A stretch of 64,000 bases of DNA, taken from Mizuhopecten yessoensis. Lineage: Eukaryota. The stretch covers positions 239,183 to 303,182 of the forward strand of contig NW_018408539.1 of the NCBI RefSeq assembly GCF_002113885.1. The letters are read 5' to 3'. Position numbers and translations under genes: made by a program. Positions 1-14,400 of the stretch are shown in pieces. Within the stretch, counting starts at the first letter, position 1. Each line of letters starts with the position of its first letter. The notes beneath the pieces are model-generated. The model was not told the DNA's origin, searched no databases, and was given only the letters and a program-made list of their open reading frames with translations.

Positions 1-1116
1 CATAGGTTGTGTGCTATAAGTGACGTACGTATGTTTTCATTGTTTGATGTGTGCACTGACTTTCACTCTTTTTTTTATCGACTATTGAAACATGAATAAT
101 ACATATCTTCAATGTCTAGTACATATGATTATTTCTATTTTATCTTGTTAGATGCGTCCCGTTAATCATTTATTAGTTAAGCCAGGGCTTTACCTGATAT
201 TGTTCTACCTAAATTCATAGAAGTTTTTGCCAATTATCATGATTATCGGGACAGTTTCGACGCATATGTTGGTATCTACTATGGTTTCTTTTCGTTTGTT
301 TTTCTGATATAGAAAAATTCGTGTTCTTTTATATTTACCGTCAAATCAGTTTTTCGACCAAGCAAAGATCTTCTCTTAAATCTCCGGTTGTAACCTAGAA
401 AGCTTCAAAACCTGTATGAAACAGTAAATATCATCAACTTATGCTCTATGTGTTAAGTATTGGATTTTGTCTTAAGAGTAACTGTTTCCTAGATACCTAC
501 ATCAGTGTTACCGGATACCTTTTGGGGCAACATTTCTCCATTTTCTTATCGAGCAAAAATAAATATACTATTAAAATTTCCCAGACCAGTCATAAAACAC
601 CTGTATATTGACAGTAATGAGAGTACTAATTTGTATGCGTCAGTTATCATAGGCATACATGAATATCACATAATTACTAGAATATATGAATTGGACATCA
701 AATGCAGCTGATATATTCAATAAATAAAGAAGTTTATGGCAGATTATCGACTCATTTGACGCAATAACTTACTTCTACATGAACCTGTACTTGGGGAGGT
801 GAGAGGGGGGATGTCAAACTGCCAGTCTCTTTTTATTAGTTCACTAACGAGCGAACCCCAGGAGAACCATGACCTCATTGACCGGCCGTGGACGATGCCT
901 TATTCATATTGGATACTGAACGTATAGTACGATATTTTGATATGGATTGCAGGTGTTCAATTTTTCAGAGATTAAGTCATTGACTTTTTCACTACTGTTA
1001 GGCTTATTTTTTATGTGCTATATCTGCTCGGAATGGGATGGCAACAAAAAACATTAGTGAACCCTTAAAGGCACAACACTAACAATATTAATCGGTCCTT
1101 TCTCGTGTCTTTAGCT

Positions 1117-1607
1117 GACGGATTGGTCGAGTGGTTAACAGTCCGGTCTTCCAAGCAGGCGGCCGGGGTTCGATCCCCGAAGTCTCCGTACGCATGGAAT
1201 ATTCAGAGAAAGTTTTTTTCTCCTGCACACACAACTCCAACAAGACAGGTCGAGTATAAATTGTCTGGGGTGGGTGTTGCGGTATTTGTGCTGTAGCATT
1301 CAAGTGAGGTGACACTATAAATGATACCGTTGGAAGCACGGTCCCACTACAAACAGAACACATACCATCTCCAGCACACACACAGGCATACACACATAGG
1401 GAGATATTAGCCAGGTGGCATAAGACTAGTAGTTAGCGCCTGATAATGCAGCTTTTGCGAATTCCACATTACTGTATTGATTAATATATATGCTAATCGT
1501 ATTGACTGTATAAAATTGTATATCTATGTGCTGTAAAGCGCGTTAGAGTGGCTTATGTTAGCTGTATAGGGCGCTATGTCAAATGTTGTATATTTATATA
1601 TTTATTT
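1117..1607 (+). mobile_element. tRNA(Gly-TCC-like)-derived SINE with L2-type 3' tail
   Basis: A box TGGTCGAGTGG, CTTCCAA anticodon loop and B box GGTTCGATCCC, with decayed stems. Central GTGAGGTGACACTATAAA segment. TGTAAAGCGC...GGCGCTATGTCAAAT plus (TATT)n tail at about 1532-1607. Confidence 0.7.
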
Positions 1608-2653
1608 AGTTCCCATGTGTTATAACTGTGTTGGCGCCGTGCTATTTTGATTATTAATGATGTTTTCTACGTGTCTACTAAGTTGACTGGATTTAGTGTT
1701 AAAGATGTAGTTTCCATACAGTGGCTGTTATATAGTCTTAAAAGGATTTCTTTTCAGAAATATGTGTAAAAGTTGTCCTCTCCTACCATTATGATATAAA
1801 ACAACCAATGTATTTATACCCTTCAGTTCATTGAAAGACGAACAGAAAAATTGCATCATAGTGTGTAGCAAAATTTTTGTTTGGGATGGTGAAAGCATTC
1901 ACGAAATGATAAAAAATATTATTTATTGTTGATTCGAAAATACTGCACCCTACTGAATTAATTAAGGAAAATTAGCCACGAGTTGCTAGCGCGGTTCTAC
2001 GGTCGGTTTGTCCTTGTGTTGACACGTTATTGCTTGTTGTACTTATCCATTTTCCTGTCATATATCTGACATTCATATTTTCTATGATAGTCATATGACA
2101 GAAGAAACTTGCATAATGACATAACGAAACGAAGTTTCTCAAAACAAAATGTAAGGCATGTTAATTTTACAGTGCACGTTATACTGCAAACCAAACTAAG
2201 GAAGTAGACAACATGATACATCATGTCATCAAATATAGATTCATTGTTATCAATTATACCTTTCTGAGTCATTTCTATTTTAACGTTCTTAGATAATTTA
2301 TAGATACAGCTTATATATCAACAAATTCCGTGATTAATATTAAAACATGAGTAACCATGAACATATCGCCAAAGTCTTGTCTAATAACATTTTTAACAAT
2401 ACACTTTAAGACGGGGAATATCTATTTTGGTTCAAAATCATTTAGCCGTTTTACTGTGTGGTAGCATGTACTAAACATAAAAAGCCAAACCACAACACAA
2501 CACTCTGCCATGATTTAACCAAAGGAGCATGTATGATAATAGTTATAAAAGAAGCCTATAAACAACATCAGTCAAGGATTCGTCAGTGTTCACCAAAAGA
2601 GAATCTATGGTTTAAGATTTAAAAAAACACATGTATAAATTCAACAAAAGGCA

Positions 2654-2841
2654 ATTCAGTCTTTGCATATTGCAGAGTTATCTTCTCTTGGGAGCAGGTA
2701 TTGATTGTTACGTCACTTGTTTGTGAGAATAACGTCATCAATTTTTGAGAAAATGACGTAATTTTCTCACACAAACCAATGACGTAACAATCAATACCTG
2801 CTCCCAAGAGAAGATAACTCTGCAATAGGCAAAGACGGAAT
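2654..2841. mobile_element. Fold-back (hairpin) MITE-like element
   Basis: 2668-2715 is a perfect 48-bp inverted repeat of 2780-2827, and imperfect pairing extends over almost the whole element. Confidence 0.8.
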
Positions 2842-5800
2842 AGGTGCCTTTTATTAGACTTTTAATGTTGCCAATTTACAATGAAATAATTATCCCGTCA
2901 GCACATCGCATAACAACACCATACTTGGAGTCATCAGTGATACTTGAAGTAGGAACAATGAAGATCAATTTCTAAAATGTTTCCAATTTCGGTTTATATG
3001 TTACTTATAGCATTACACCTCTGATGTCTTTTCGAGTAAAGATCATATACTACCTTACATATTATACCATTAATCTGCATCGAGCAGTTCAATAAAACAT
3101 TATGAATCATTAAAAAACAACACATACAATTACTGCGTACCCTTCAAATGTGTTATTATTTTATTAATCATGTGCAAATTATCAATTATAATTAATATTT
3201 AACATGTTCCTGGACATGGACCTCTTTTTGACAGAAAATACATGTCGCAGAAAGGTAGACTATATCCTTAAGCCTGAGAATGAATGATAACGATATTGGC
3301 AAGTATGACTTGTCGTGTAATAGACAATGCGCAGCCTGGGAACTTTTTGTACATTCATCAATTTCTTATACATGACACTTACGCTGCATACAAATCATAT
3401 GTCCTTGACCAATATTATATAGATGACCATTGCTGACCACAAGTTAGGGGGAGTGGAGGTCAGAACTACAGGAAGGATATAGTTTATGATACAGCTTTGT
3501 GTACAGAATCATGATGTTCTTAAAATAAATCATACCAAATTTAGTGCTCCAGAAATAAATACTCGGTATATTGAATGTAAAACGCGGCAATGTAATCAAA
3601 TATGTTTATGTTGCAAAAGTGTGACAAATACATAATGATGATAAAGTATAGATATATATCAAAATAGTGAAACGAGAGTAATGTATGATACAGTTATCTT
3701 TTATATAGCAATAGAGGTGTTTTTTTTATGGAGAAAATGATACTTGCGTATACATTTAATCACATGCTTATCCAATTCAATTAAAAAAGAGATTGAATGG
3801 CAATTTGAACAAGTTCGAGTTTTGTCCTTAATGAATAATATATACATTTGTCTACTCTTTCAAACGGGACACAATTCTAACTATCAATCAATTATATTTG
3901 CATACTACACCATCTATGTATGTATATACTATCGGTGTGTGTATACTTATGTCATCTATATATGCATAAGTATATCATCTCTATATGTATAAATGTATAA
4001 CATTTATATGAAGAATATTGTAATCTGTACATTAATAAGTATATTATGCTTATATGTTTATTGATTAAATCCATACGTAAATAGTTATATAAACCATATA
4101 TGCAAAAGTATATCACCTTAATACAGTTGTATGTAAGAATATATCATTCATTTATGTATAATAATACCAACGGTAAATATATCAATGTAATTTGTATATA
4201 TAGTATGTTATAAGAGCAGAAACATTATCATTACGGACGAAGAAATAATAAAAACTCTCACTAAAACTTTAGAACTTAGTACTTTCATCTCTTCAAGGAG
4301 ATTCTTCCGTATAGTTTATAATATATATATATATTTCCTAATAATGACAAATCAGTTTTCCCCGACATTTTATTATATCAATTAGTGACCTCACATTTCC
4401 GTCTCTGTTCATGGTCGTATGCAGTATGACTATAGCAAATTCACGGATCAATGAACACGTGATCGATTAGGTACAAAAACACTGGTAAACGACCTATGAT
4501 GCACATAAATCTGAAACAATAGATTGTGTTATATCAGTATGCTTGTTGCACTAATATTATACATACTTTCATATAACAAAAAGTGCCTAGAAAAAAGTTT
4601 TTATAATACAATATTTGCAACATTGAAACACTTATGTGTTATAATAAAACATCAAATACCTTAATAATACTTAGATATTTTCGAAGACAATAGTTTTTGT
4701 AATAAATGTAGCATTGTCACAATAATGTTATAAGTTACGCAGTTGCTCTCTCAACCCTTATAGCTGTTTATTATATATATTCATACGTATATCAGAAATT
4801 ATTTCTGCATAGACCTTATTTTTGAACCTTTTCTTTGACGGTCTCTGTATACAGAATTAATTATATATGCTGTATATGTTAAAATATTGTACATATATTA
4901 CTGATATTTATCATTAAGAACAAAATAGCTTAATATCGTATTGTAAGGGAAGCTCAACGCTATCAATGAAATCTGTAACGGCTTTGATAATGATATATTT
5001 AAAATAGAGATACTGCTTGTTAAATGTATTATCATGTACAATATTACATGCACACACAGTATACTATGTATACATCCTACTGACGTCATGAATTACATAA
5101 TGATAGGATTTTCGAACAAAACATGAATACCTTAATAAATATATATATGTGCACCGTACATCATAGTTTGTATTCTAAGACGTGATGTTCGTCACAACTA
5201 ACACTTTTATGCATATAAAACAACCGGCTAATAGTTATAGTGTTCGTCACATACATAGAATCATCTATGTGTATCGAATGCGTGACGTCACCATGTTGTT
5301 AGCCCAATCGGCTGGTCATAATTGTCAACGAGTGTGACGAGTATCGGCATTAAACGTGGCCGTGAGCTATTTATATATCTGTTATTACTGTACGTCTGCT
5401 GGACGTAAACCTGTAGAGGTCTTCTTTATCACGAATCTGCTCTCACTCCTATAAGACCGAAGTCTCTGTGTATTCTAGAAAAAACACACCATTCTAAGCA
5501 TGTTCGGCAAACAATTGATTTGAGGAACACATGCACATAATTATTATTATTAATACCTCAAAATATTTAAATGATTCTTCTACAATTACTGGGGCTGTGT
5601 TTACAATTATAACGTTGACAATCAAAAACTAGGATATATCGAAACATAACGAATTCATTTTCGAATAGAAAAAGCTTATTCTAGAAATGTAAGCGACGTT
5701 TCCTGTTTCAATATTTATATGATGTTACCCTTCACCACATGTGGCACATGACATGCTTTCTAATGCTACCACATGTAGAACCCGATAAGAGGTTTTCTGT

Positions 5801-6199
5801 CACCATAGTTGGCACGTGACATTATGTCTTATACATCTAACGTGAATTCAAATGTAACATACGACATTTGCATTTTGATTGACTAGTATAAATGAGAGAC
5901 GTATCTGATTTTTGCCATTAAAGGCATAGGTTATATTTACATCCGATAAAGATAACTTCTATAGCTACATCCATTGTTCTAAGATGACAACGAACTGCAA
6001 AAACAATGAATGTTAAGTACCTTGTCTGCAATTAAGACATGTAGATAATTAAATTGATGCATTACTGGTATCGATATAACATATATAGATTCAATAACGT
6101 TATTTGCGAGTTTTCTCATCAATCAAATATCTACATGTATTTGCCTGCTGATAATAAATGTTAACTACATATTTATTTCTGTATTCTGTTTATTATGAG

Positions 6200-6540
6200 G
6201 ACTTATTTGTCCTTGTGCATTAACTGATTTCATCCTGGTGACTTAATTGATATTTGTTTTGACTTTTTGATTGATATTATCTTTGTGTTTTAATTGTTAT
6301 CTTTCTGGGTAAATTATTAACTTTGTGACTTAATTGATTCTTTCCTGGTGTCTTAATTCGTTTTGTCCTAGTTATTTGTTGGTTTTATCCGTGTGTGTTA
6401 ATAAATTGTATCCTTGTTTGATTGATTTTTTCACATTTATTTTTCAATTGATTTTATCGTTGTTTTTAATTGATTTTTTCTTCTGCGTTAAATGATTTAA
6501 TCTGTTGGCGTTACCTGATGTTCTCCTGGTGTATTGATTA
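6200..6540. repeat. Degenerate T-rich minisatellite (about 24-bp unit, TTAATTGATTTTTCCTGGTGT-like)
   Basis: Recurrent ttaattgat/cctggtg motifs. Confidence 0.55.
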
Positions 6541-6901
6541 TATGGTAAATATTTGTTTTTGTTTCGGGAGTTTCAATAACCGGTTGATATCAGTAATCTA
6601 GATGTTTTTTAATGATGAAATACGACATTTTACTTGCATATGGAAATAAAGAAAAACACTTTGACATCATGCATCATGCATTAAATTTTACATCCAATTC
6701 AAGTTAAATTGTCATTGTTTTTAATTAATATTGAATACAATTATTGTTTGAATAGACATTAAAGTTAAAACCAATATCCCTGAAATGTCTACCAGAATGA
6801 TATATTCCGTATGACTCAGAAATATAGTGTATAAGATTATCGTGTTTTCTTAACATGATTTATAAAAATTAAAGAGACGTTGAAATGTGTGTTCTGTTTT
6901 G

Positions 6902-6922
6902 AGCTGACGTCAGCTGTATAAA
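6902..6922 (+). promoter_or_regulatory. Palindromic CRE (AGCTGACGTCAGCT) next to TATAAA
   Basis: 14-bp perfect palindrome containing TGACGTCA, with TATAAA at 6917-6922, 1.4 kb upstream of the first identified protease exon. Confidence 0.25.
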
Positions 6923-8296
6923 CTAGCGGTATATTACACATCCATAAGGTCCAGTGATAAAACACCCTGTGGTGGATATCTGACGGGACCGCTTCATCAA
7001 CACCGGTCTTCAATGGCGATCTCAAGGTCGATGTCAATACGGTCAAGGTCGTGTGTCAAAATCGAGACGTCATAAGTCAGACCTGGTACACTAGGCTAAC
7101 TTTCTACCTTCAAATAACTCTGCTTTACACACAGAGATAGTGCATGGTTTTCCCTTAATGAAAAAATACATAAAACGCTGGCCGACGTCTCGTCTGATAG
7201 AAAAAAAAGCAAACACGTGTACTCCTGTGCTATATGTATATATCAAGAAAAAAAACTAAATAGACGATTGTATTAACTCATGAACGGATGCACCTATAGG
7301 TATATTCCTCGTCTTTATACTGTTACTTATCAGTAGGCTTTCATCCGAACAGACACAAACGTATACTGTATAGACATGAAACAAACTGAACCTATACTTG
7401 ATTTGCTTAAAAAAACCGATATTGGTACTGTACTAGTATCTACCTTAGCACACGTTTACAAACTGCACCGCATGTGAGAGATTCCATTAATACATTCACT
7501 GATTTAGATAAAACCTTCATTATACGTTTTAAAAATAATAAGTGACGATATTTACAATTTTTCCTTTATTAGGTGCACAGTGTCGTGTGTATTTCTATTT
7601 GTTAGGATGTTCTTGTGTTGGCTTTACAAAATATAATATCTGAATTTCTGTATAAAATACCTCTGAATATATTATAATATTAATTTGAGCTGTTACACGT
7701 ATGGTTTTGATTGATCAATAGAAATTATTTGCTACAACTGCTGTTTTTTAATGAAGATTAACTTTGATCGCTTTCGGGAGCAATATGACATAAGCATTGA
7801 CTATATGTTATACCGACACAAACATCAAACACAGTAGGTTAATTATCTAAATATCAGTGACTTAAAATATGGCCTTCATCACATGGGATAATTCCGTATT
7901 TAATCAAACAACATCTGATATACCACCTTTTCCAGCTCGAACAAACCTCTATCTCGCGCCTTATACTATACTAGCGACTATTACTTCAAATGTATTTTAT
8001 GTTATGTCGTGAATACCCTTAATAATTAACCATAGCTGCTTTGCATTTAAAACGACAGTGTAATACGATTGGAGAAAAAGCACAGGAAATAGTATGAAGA
8101 ATAATGTATCCTCTTGGTGTGAACTTAAGAACCTCACCAAATCCTTGGTCGTACCTTCCTAATGCAATCGTCATAAAACGTTTAATGGTGTGTGATGACC
8201 TGCTACTTTGTATGGCGTCACTTGTTTTATATAACACATCTACGTACAACTAAACATATTTTAATGCTTTCTTTTATAATTCCTTTACTTATTCAG

Positions 8297-8490
8297 ATTC
8301 GTTCAACTACAAAATCCATATGGACGGACATTATACAACGTCATCACATCCAAAAAATATGAACTTTTTGATAGAGGACCAAGGTCGGACCGAGACGTTA
8401 CAGCTGAAACGTAAAGACAACATCAATATCAATTCTCCACTTTGTTCGATCTCACAGGGGCACACACTTTGTGAGCGCGGCGACATCAAC
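8297..8490 (+). CDS. Metalloprotease exon (prodomain: SFNYKIHMDGHY...ETLQLKRKDNININSPLCSISQGHTLCERGDIN)
   Basis: ttattcag acceptor, gtaagt donor, open frame, phase 1 to 0. Resembles the beta-rich ADAM/ADAMTS prodomain. Confidence 0.7.
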
Positions 8491-11400
8491 GTAAGTATAC
8501 TAACATACAATATGCACTAAGCGCCATATGTGAAAAGTGTATTTATAAATGGACACGTTTTGGATGGGCTCAGTTCTATAGACATTGTGAAATGTCAATT
8601 TCACAGGTTACATGCTATATAAATGTAATATAGGCTCATTCACAGCAAAGGAACACAAGTTATGTCAGTTCAGTGCCAAAAAAGTCAGTTCACTCGGTAT
8701 CAAAGACGTGTAATCAATAACAAAGGGATGCAAATTGTATTGACTTGGCGCTAGGTGATTTTATACGAAACATTTTAATAACTTATATTTTCAAAACTCA
8801 TTTTACCATCGAGGTGTTGAGTTTCCATTGCAATTTCAATTTTGTCGAAAATGTCATATAAGAGAATATGTCATGTAAGTGACACAATGTGCACATTTAT
8901 AAATTAAATCAGTCACTCCATACGCTGTCATATTCAGAACAGGGTCCGACTATATTTATCTGGATGTAACAACAGTCGGGAACGGAAATGAATGGACAAA
9001 AGGTATAGTCATTAATGCAGTTTGATGACGGGTATGAAAGCTCGATGTTTCTAATGATGCTCATTAGTGTGCCTTTTGTACCAGAGTTCTCAATGAGATG
9101 TTACTTTGAATAGACCTAGATTTACATGCTGGATGTTATCGATGAAGCAAACGACTCTTGCTCTTCCGAATTATCTGGTCTTATCCTCTTTTTACCTATT
9201 AAGGATCCGTATATTTATCTTTCCTATGTTCATATTTCGATCTAGTGTTTTTGATTGTGAGTTTGAAGTATTATGGATTACTGGGCATCTTTGATGTTTT
9301 TTGATATGCATGTTTGGTTTTTCATACATTTTGCAAACTCTGATTAAGGATTCTCCTATAAATATTTATTAAACTTGTCCAAGTAAATACGGTTTAAAAT
9401 GTTATCCGCAATAGCTGATACATAATGGTAACATAATAATAACAACTTGTTGACTCCTAATATAGTGCTGAGGTGAATCTCTCTGTAAGATATGTAACAT
9501 TATATATCAGCACAGTGTTTTTGTTTGTATACGTGTTTTATAGATACATATGTATCAACACTGTTTATGAGAAAACCATCAGGAGACACATTCTAAATCT
9601 TTTGCCATCTTACTTTTACTCTTGACGTTCCTATTGTATTTGTTTGTCCCTAATTCATGTGATACTATAGTCACGATTTTCATTCAAATGATAAACACGT
9701 GATCCCTCTCTAAACATATGTATGTATTTGTATGTATGCTGGAGAGGCTGCACAGGTGATCCGTTTGTTATTGGTTCATATTTACAACAGCTCTATTGTT
9801 CTTATTTACTTTTAGAATAATACATTACTGAAACCATAATGCAAAGCCCAAGCCATCTCATACCCGATCCGATGCTAGTGGAGCCATCTGATAAGATATT
9901 TTGCTCCAGGACGTAATCACGATCCGTCGTTTTCGAATATGAACCGTGCAGACAACAGACCCTGTACACCATAAACTCGTTGTACTGCAGTTCTGCGGAC
10001 CGTAACAGATATAATATAAGCCATTCTAATGTAGCAATAGTTATGTATCATTGTTAATATAAATTTTGGATCTATGTTGGTAAACAAGCAGTCTAATCCA
10101 TTTTTTGTTTTTCCGTTGTATAAACTTAAACTTTTGTACATTAAAACATGGCGCGGTTTTATTATTTTTCAGGGTGTTGCATTTTATCATTCAAAAGACA
10201 AAGTGGGTGCATTCGCAGTAAAAGAAAACAAAGATGGTATAAAAAATAAACAAATAGTAAGTATACTTGTCAACGTAGTAAATCTATGATTTCTTTTAAA
10301 GCTGAATTAAATGTACATAAAGGCCTAAACACTAACAATACGTCAATTTGCTCTCTGTATCTATAAAGTAGAGTGTTTTTTTTTATCTGATATATACATT
10401 TATTCATTGCAGAGAACTAAAGCAATGTGCTGCCTTCAATACTAACACTGACATCTTATACCAATACATTCTGCTAGAGCTGTCTTTCTTGGAAATATTT
10501 GCTATCTTACACATGTAAGATGAACTGTAGTTTTTATTATACCTTGTTTAGTTGGAGCTACCCCCGTCATCACTATGAGGGCGTGACATAGTTTTGACCT
10601 AGATTTATTTAGCAAGTGTCGACGATGAAAGCAGGAGATGCTCTTGGAACACTTTGTTAGATTAATGCCAATCATGAATTAAGTATCTTTTTCCTTTTAC
10701 AGGAGGGTGTATATATTTCAGACGACGAAGCCCACCAGGTGGAGCCATCATCTTCTCTGTCTCATCTCCTTATTAACCAATCTTCACATCATATCACAAA
10801 GCGGAGCAGTACATTTGTCGCCAGTAAGTAAACTTTTATTTCGCTTTTTTTTATTGCGTACTTATATAATATTACATACTTATTTTCCTACACTTTATTA
10901 CTCTTACACTTTAGTATACCAACAATTTATGTATATTCATTGACATCAACTACCTGATTAGACGGGAACAGTTAGAAAGTGTTTCACATTGTGGCAGGCT
11001 ATATATTTCTTAGGTTGAGTTTCAATGTTCCCGTGTCTGCTTGGTCCTTTTTTTTTGCTGGTCAAGAGAAGGGAAATGCCTGCTGTTTCCCAATGCAATA
11101 ATCGTAAAAGGCATTAAATGTTGACCAAAATGCAGAATCGTGGATTTCTTCTCTTTTCCTTTGATTCATCTGCTGCTCGGAAGGCAACACTTGAGAATTG
11201 TATCATTCCTTTTTTCTCCCAACTTGAGTTTTCTTCTCTTTTGCGTCCGTCTATATGTGGTCTGAGTGGTAAAAAATGATACATTTTTTATCTTTCCTTT
11301 TTACTTTTTTTGTATCGCTCTCGTCAAGATACATAACGACCATTGTGCGAAATTTTGTTTTTATTCGATTATAGCGACCATTGAGAGATTATTGTTTACA

Positions 11401-14400
11401 TTCCTCCAAACACATTTTCAGTATAATAGTATTCAATATAACATTACTTTTATTGAGTTCCTATTCGTATTTGTGCCCGTGTTTCTTAATGCCGTTACAA
11501 TGCTATAACATATAGCTTAGATTTCTCATTCATCCAGCACACGTCTGGCGTTTCTAACACATATGTATTCACAGCAGTAACGTGTTGTTGATGATACTTT
11601 TGTAGCTGTATAAGTTGCATTAGCATTCGAATACATCATGAACTGTCATAGCGCTAACTTCTGGCTGTAAATTTTGTCGTTATATCATTTATATAACCCG
11701 TTTACAGTCTAGTGATATATTGTGGTGCATTGTATATGGATAGGTTTGTAGTACAATGAAATTATTATTGTCTGACACATGGCATATCACACAGGATATA
11801 ATTATGTCAAATCACGACGAAGGACTCCCCCTTTTTACAAGTGACACCGTTGTAAAAGATAAGTTAAATAACAAGTATCTGTTAATAATTTTAACAGTAT
11901 TTTCTTACAACTTGTTTTCTAAAAACAGTCCCACACATTCATTGATATTTTACATACTTTTAAATCGAATGTCAGCTTGTTTTTATGTGTTACTAAGGAA
12001 AGGTTACTCTCTGATTAAGTGTATATGATAACAGGCAGCATCTGATTCTGTTAATAAAAACCAACTCAGATTAAGTTTATAAACCCGGACAACCAATTTT
12101 TGAAAATAAAGTAAGGTGATTGCTCGCGTTGGAAGACAAATGGTTGTAAAAGATACATAACAAACGCCTACATATGGTTGTGTCATGCGACATAAGAGTC
12201 AACGCCTTTTTGCGTCTGTAGAAAGCGCACAGTTGTGCAAGATTTCCTTGTAACAAAATATTAACTTCTTTGTCTAACTGATATATTGGTTTGTGTAGAT
12301 AATACCTCAACACCCAGAAACCCTATCTACCAATCATAAGCCGAGTTGACCAGTTCTGTGTTGATGGGCCGTTAATAATGCAACGAAATAACTATCACAG
12401 AAAGCATCATTTTGTATCCGTGTTGTGGTTTTTGATGTCTGTTGTTGGTATCGTCCCCATTCGTGTTGTTGGTGTCCTAATATGTTAACACTAAGTTATT
12501 TTTGACTATTTAATGATGTCAATATTATATTTGATAGAGGACATTCACACACCACCATTAATATGGCGTCGGGTTTTTCCCTTGTGTTTATTAGGTATTT
12601 AAGATCGCACTCTAGTCTAAAGACATCTGTAAAAATAACATGTCTGTCCGAGAAACACATAAAATTCAATAAGGTACAAGTAAGGGTTAAAAGAAAAGTT
12701 GAATTTATGTTATTGTTTGCGTGTAGGCGGGAGTGTTATTGACATATTACAACAAACTGGCATCAAAGTAGACACGACATACTTCATATAGAAGTCGATG
12801 TATGGTGTGTGGATACCATTGCCTTCATGAATATTTGAATCTATTTGTTGACAGAAAACCCCCCATTAAATAACTATTTAATCTCAATTATATGTGAAGG
12901 CGTCGGCATTTCTCTTGACTGTCGTTAATCAAATGTAAACTCAAACTAAATGTATATTAACTAATTAAAAGCAATCAAGGAATGTGAAAAGTAAACAGCA
13001 ATGTGAACTGCAATCGATGAACTATAGGAAAATATTAATAAAGGAAAGACTATCACTGAAATACTTGATCAAATACAACAATAACACATGGTGCTCCAGA
13101 AGGGAGTGACAACGAAACCCCTAGGCAGTGTTTGAGCCAAACATTCAAACTTACGGAAAGTACATTTACGCGATGATACAAATGTAAGATTACAAGGAAT
13201 ATCAGTTTGTTAAGTTCAAAGGAAATAATATTCATTCATCTGAAAACTGCGTTTTACCAAAATCGCGTAATTCCATATGCCAATAGTCTTGATGTATACG
13301 TAAATTGTATATATATATATTGCTTTCAAAATATCTATGTATGTGTTGAGTTCATTATATATATCAAATGGAGGTGTACTGTCACAAAACTATTTGCAAA
13401 TATACATTTGATAGAAAGAAAAACATCGCCACACAAAAAGGCAACTTTAACTTACAGTAAAAAAACATCAGTAAATGAGGCTACGAAAACAAATGTCAAA
13501 TGAATTAACAATGTCATTTATTAGCAAATGAAGTCACGTAATATATATACACGTATGAGTAGTGTTGCAGTTCTTGTTGCTAGGTAAATTATCGACTGTC
13601 AGATACATTTGACAACTATTATAAATTTAATGACATCACGAGGTGCTATATGTTGTACCAGTGCCAGTGTTGGTGGGGTTACCTTAGTCCTCGTTACCTA
13701 AGGGGCTAGCAACATATTACGTTAACAGGTCAATGATCACCCCGACCTAACAACACCTCCTCAGACATTAATCAACTCTAGGTGTTAGTGTGCCAATAAC
13801 CGTTACATGTTATCATAATTAATGAGTTGGCAGACAGCACATTATATAAATAACGAGTTGTCTCCCCTGGTTGACGCGTTTGTACTTTATCCGGTCATTA
13901 ACCTGTATCTTAGAAACAGGATTAAGATATGTAAAGCGCAAAAAAGGTTCATTGACTCATAAATATCAGGTTAGCTGATAATAAAATCGGTTTTTTCTTT
14001 TGATTTCAATTTTGGTTAAATTTGGAATAAGGGAAAACCGCAATTTTGAAACCGATATCTCGCATCGAAAATATGAGGAAACTCATCAAATTTTATTCTG
14101 TACCTAGCGGTAAAACCTCTGTCGCCTTTTTCCAGCGAAGGGTAAACACTTGTGAATTTTCAAAACAATTGACAAATATCAAAATATTAGATGACAGCTA
14201 AAACTCATAAAACAATAAACAAAAACATGGAAGCACATTTTTCAAAATTGTTGACAAATAGATTGGAGCTGGAATCTCAAAACATTTGATAAACCAAATA
14301 GAGTTCAACTCTGAACACAACTGATAATGAGTTGGAAACTGAACTCTGAAATCAGAGAAAATAAAAGCTTACATGTAACTGACAAAACGTTTGAAACATA

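Noticed and set aside
1117-1190. tRNA-Gly(TCC) gene
   Set aside because: The acceptor and anticodon stems do not pair properly and the sequence continues into a SINE-like body and tail.
5340-5410. Hydrophobic frame ELFIYLLLLYVCWT as the protease signal peptide
   Set aside because: No in-frame ATG after the upstream stop and no phase-1 donor.
9024-9050. Other hammerhead-like strings (TTGATGA...GAAAGCTC here; CTGATGA..GAAA at about 44180)
   Set aside because: No pairable stem II or stem I, or a broken core.
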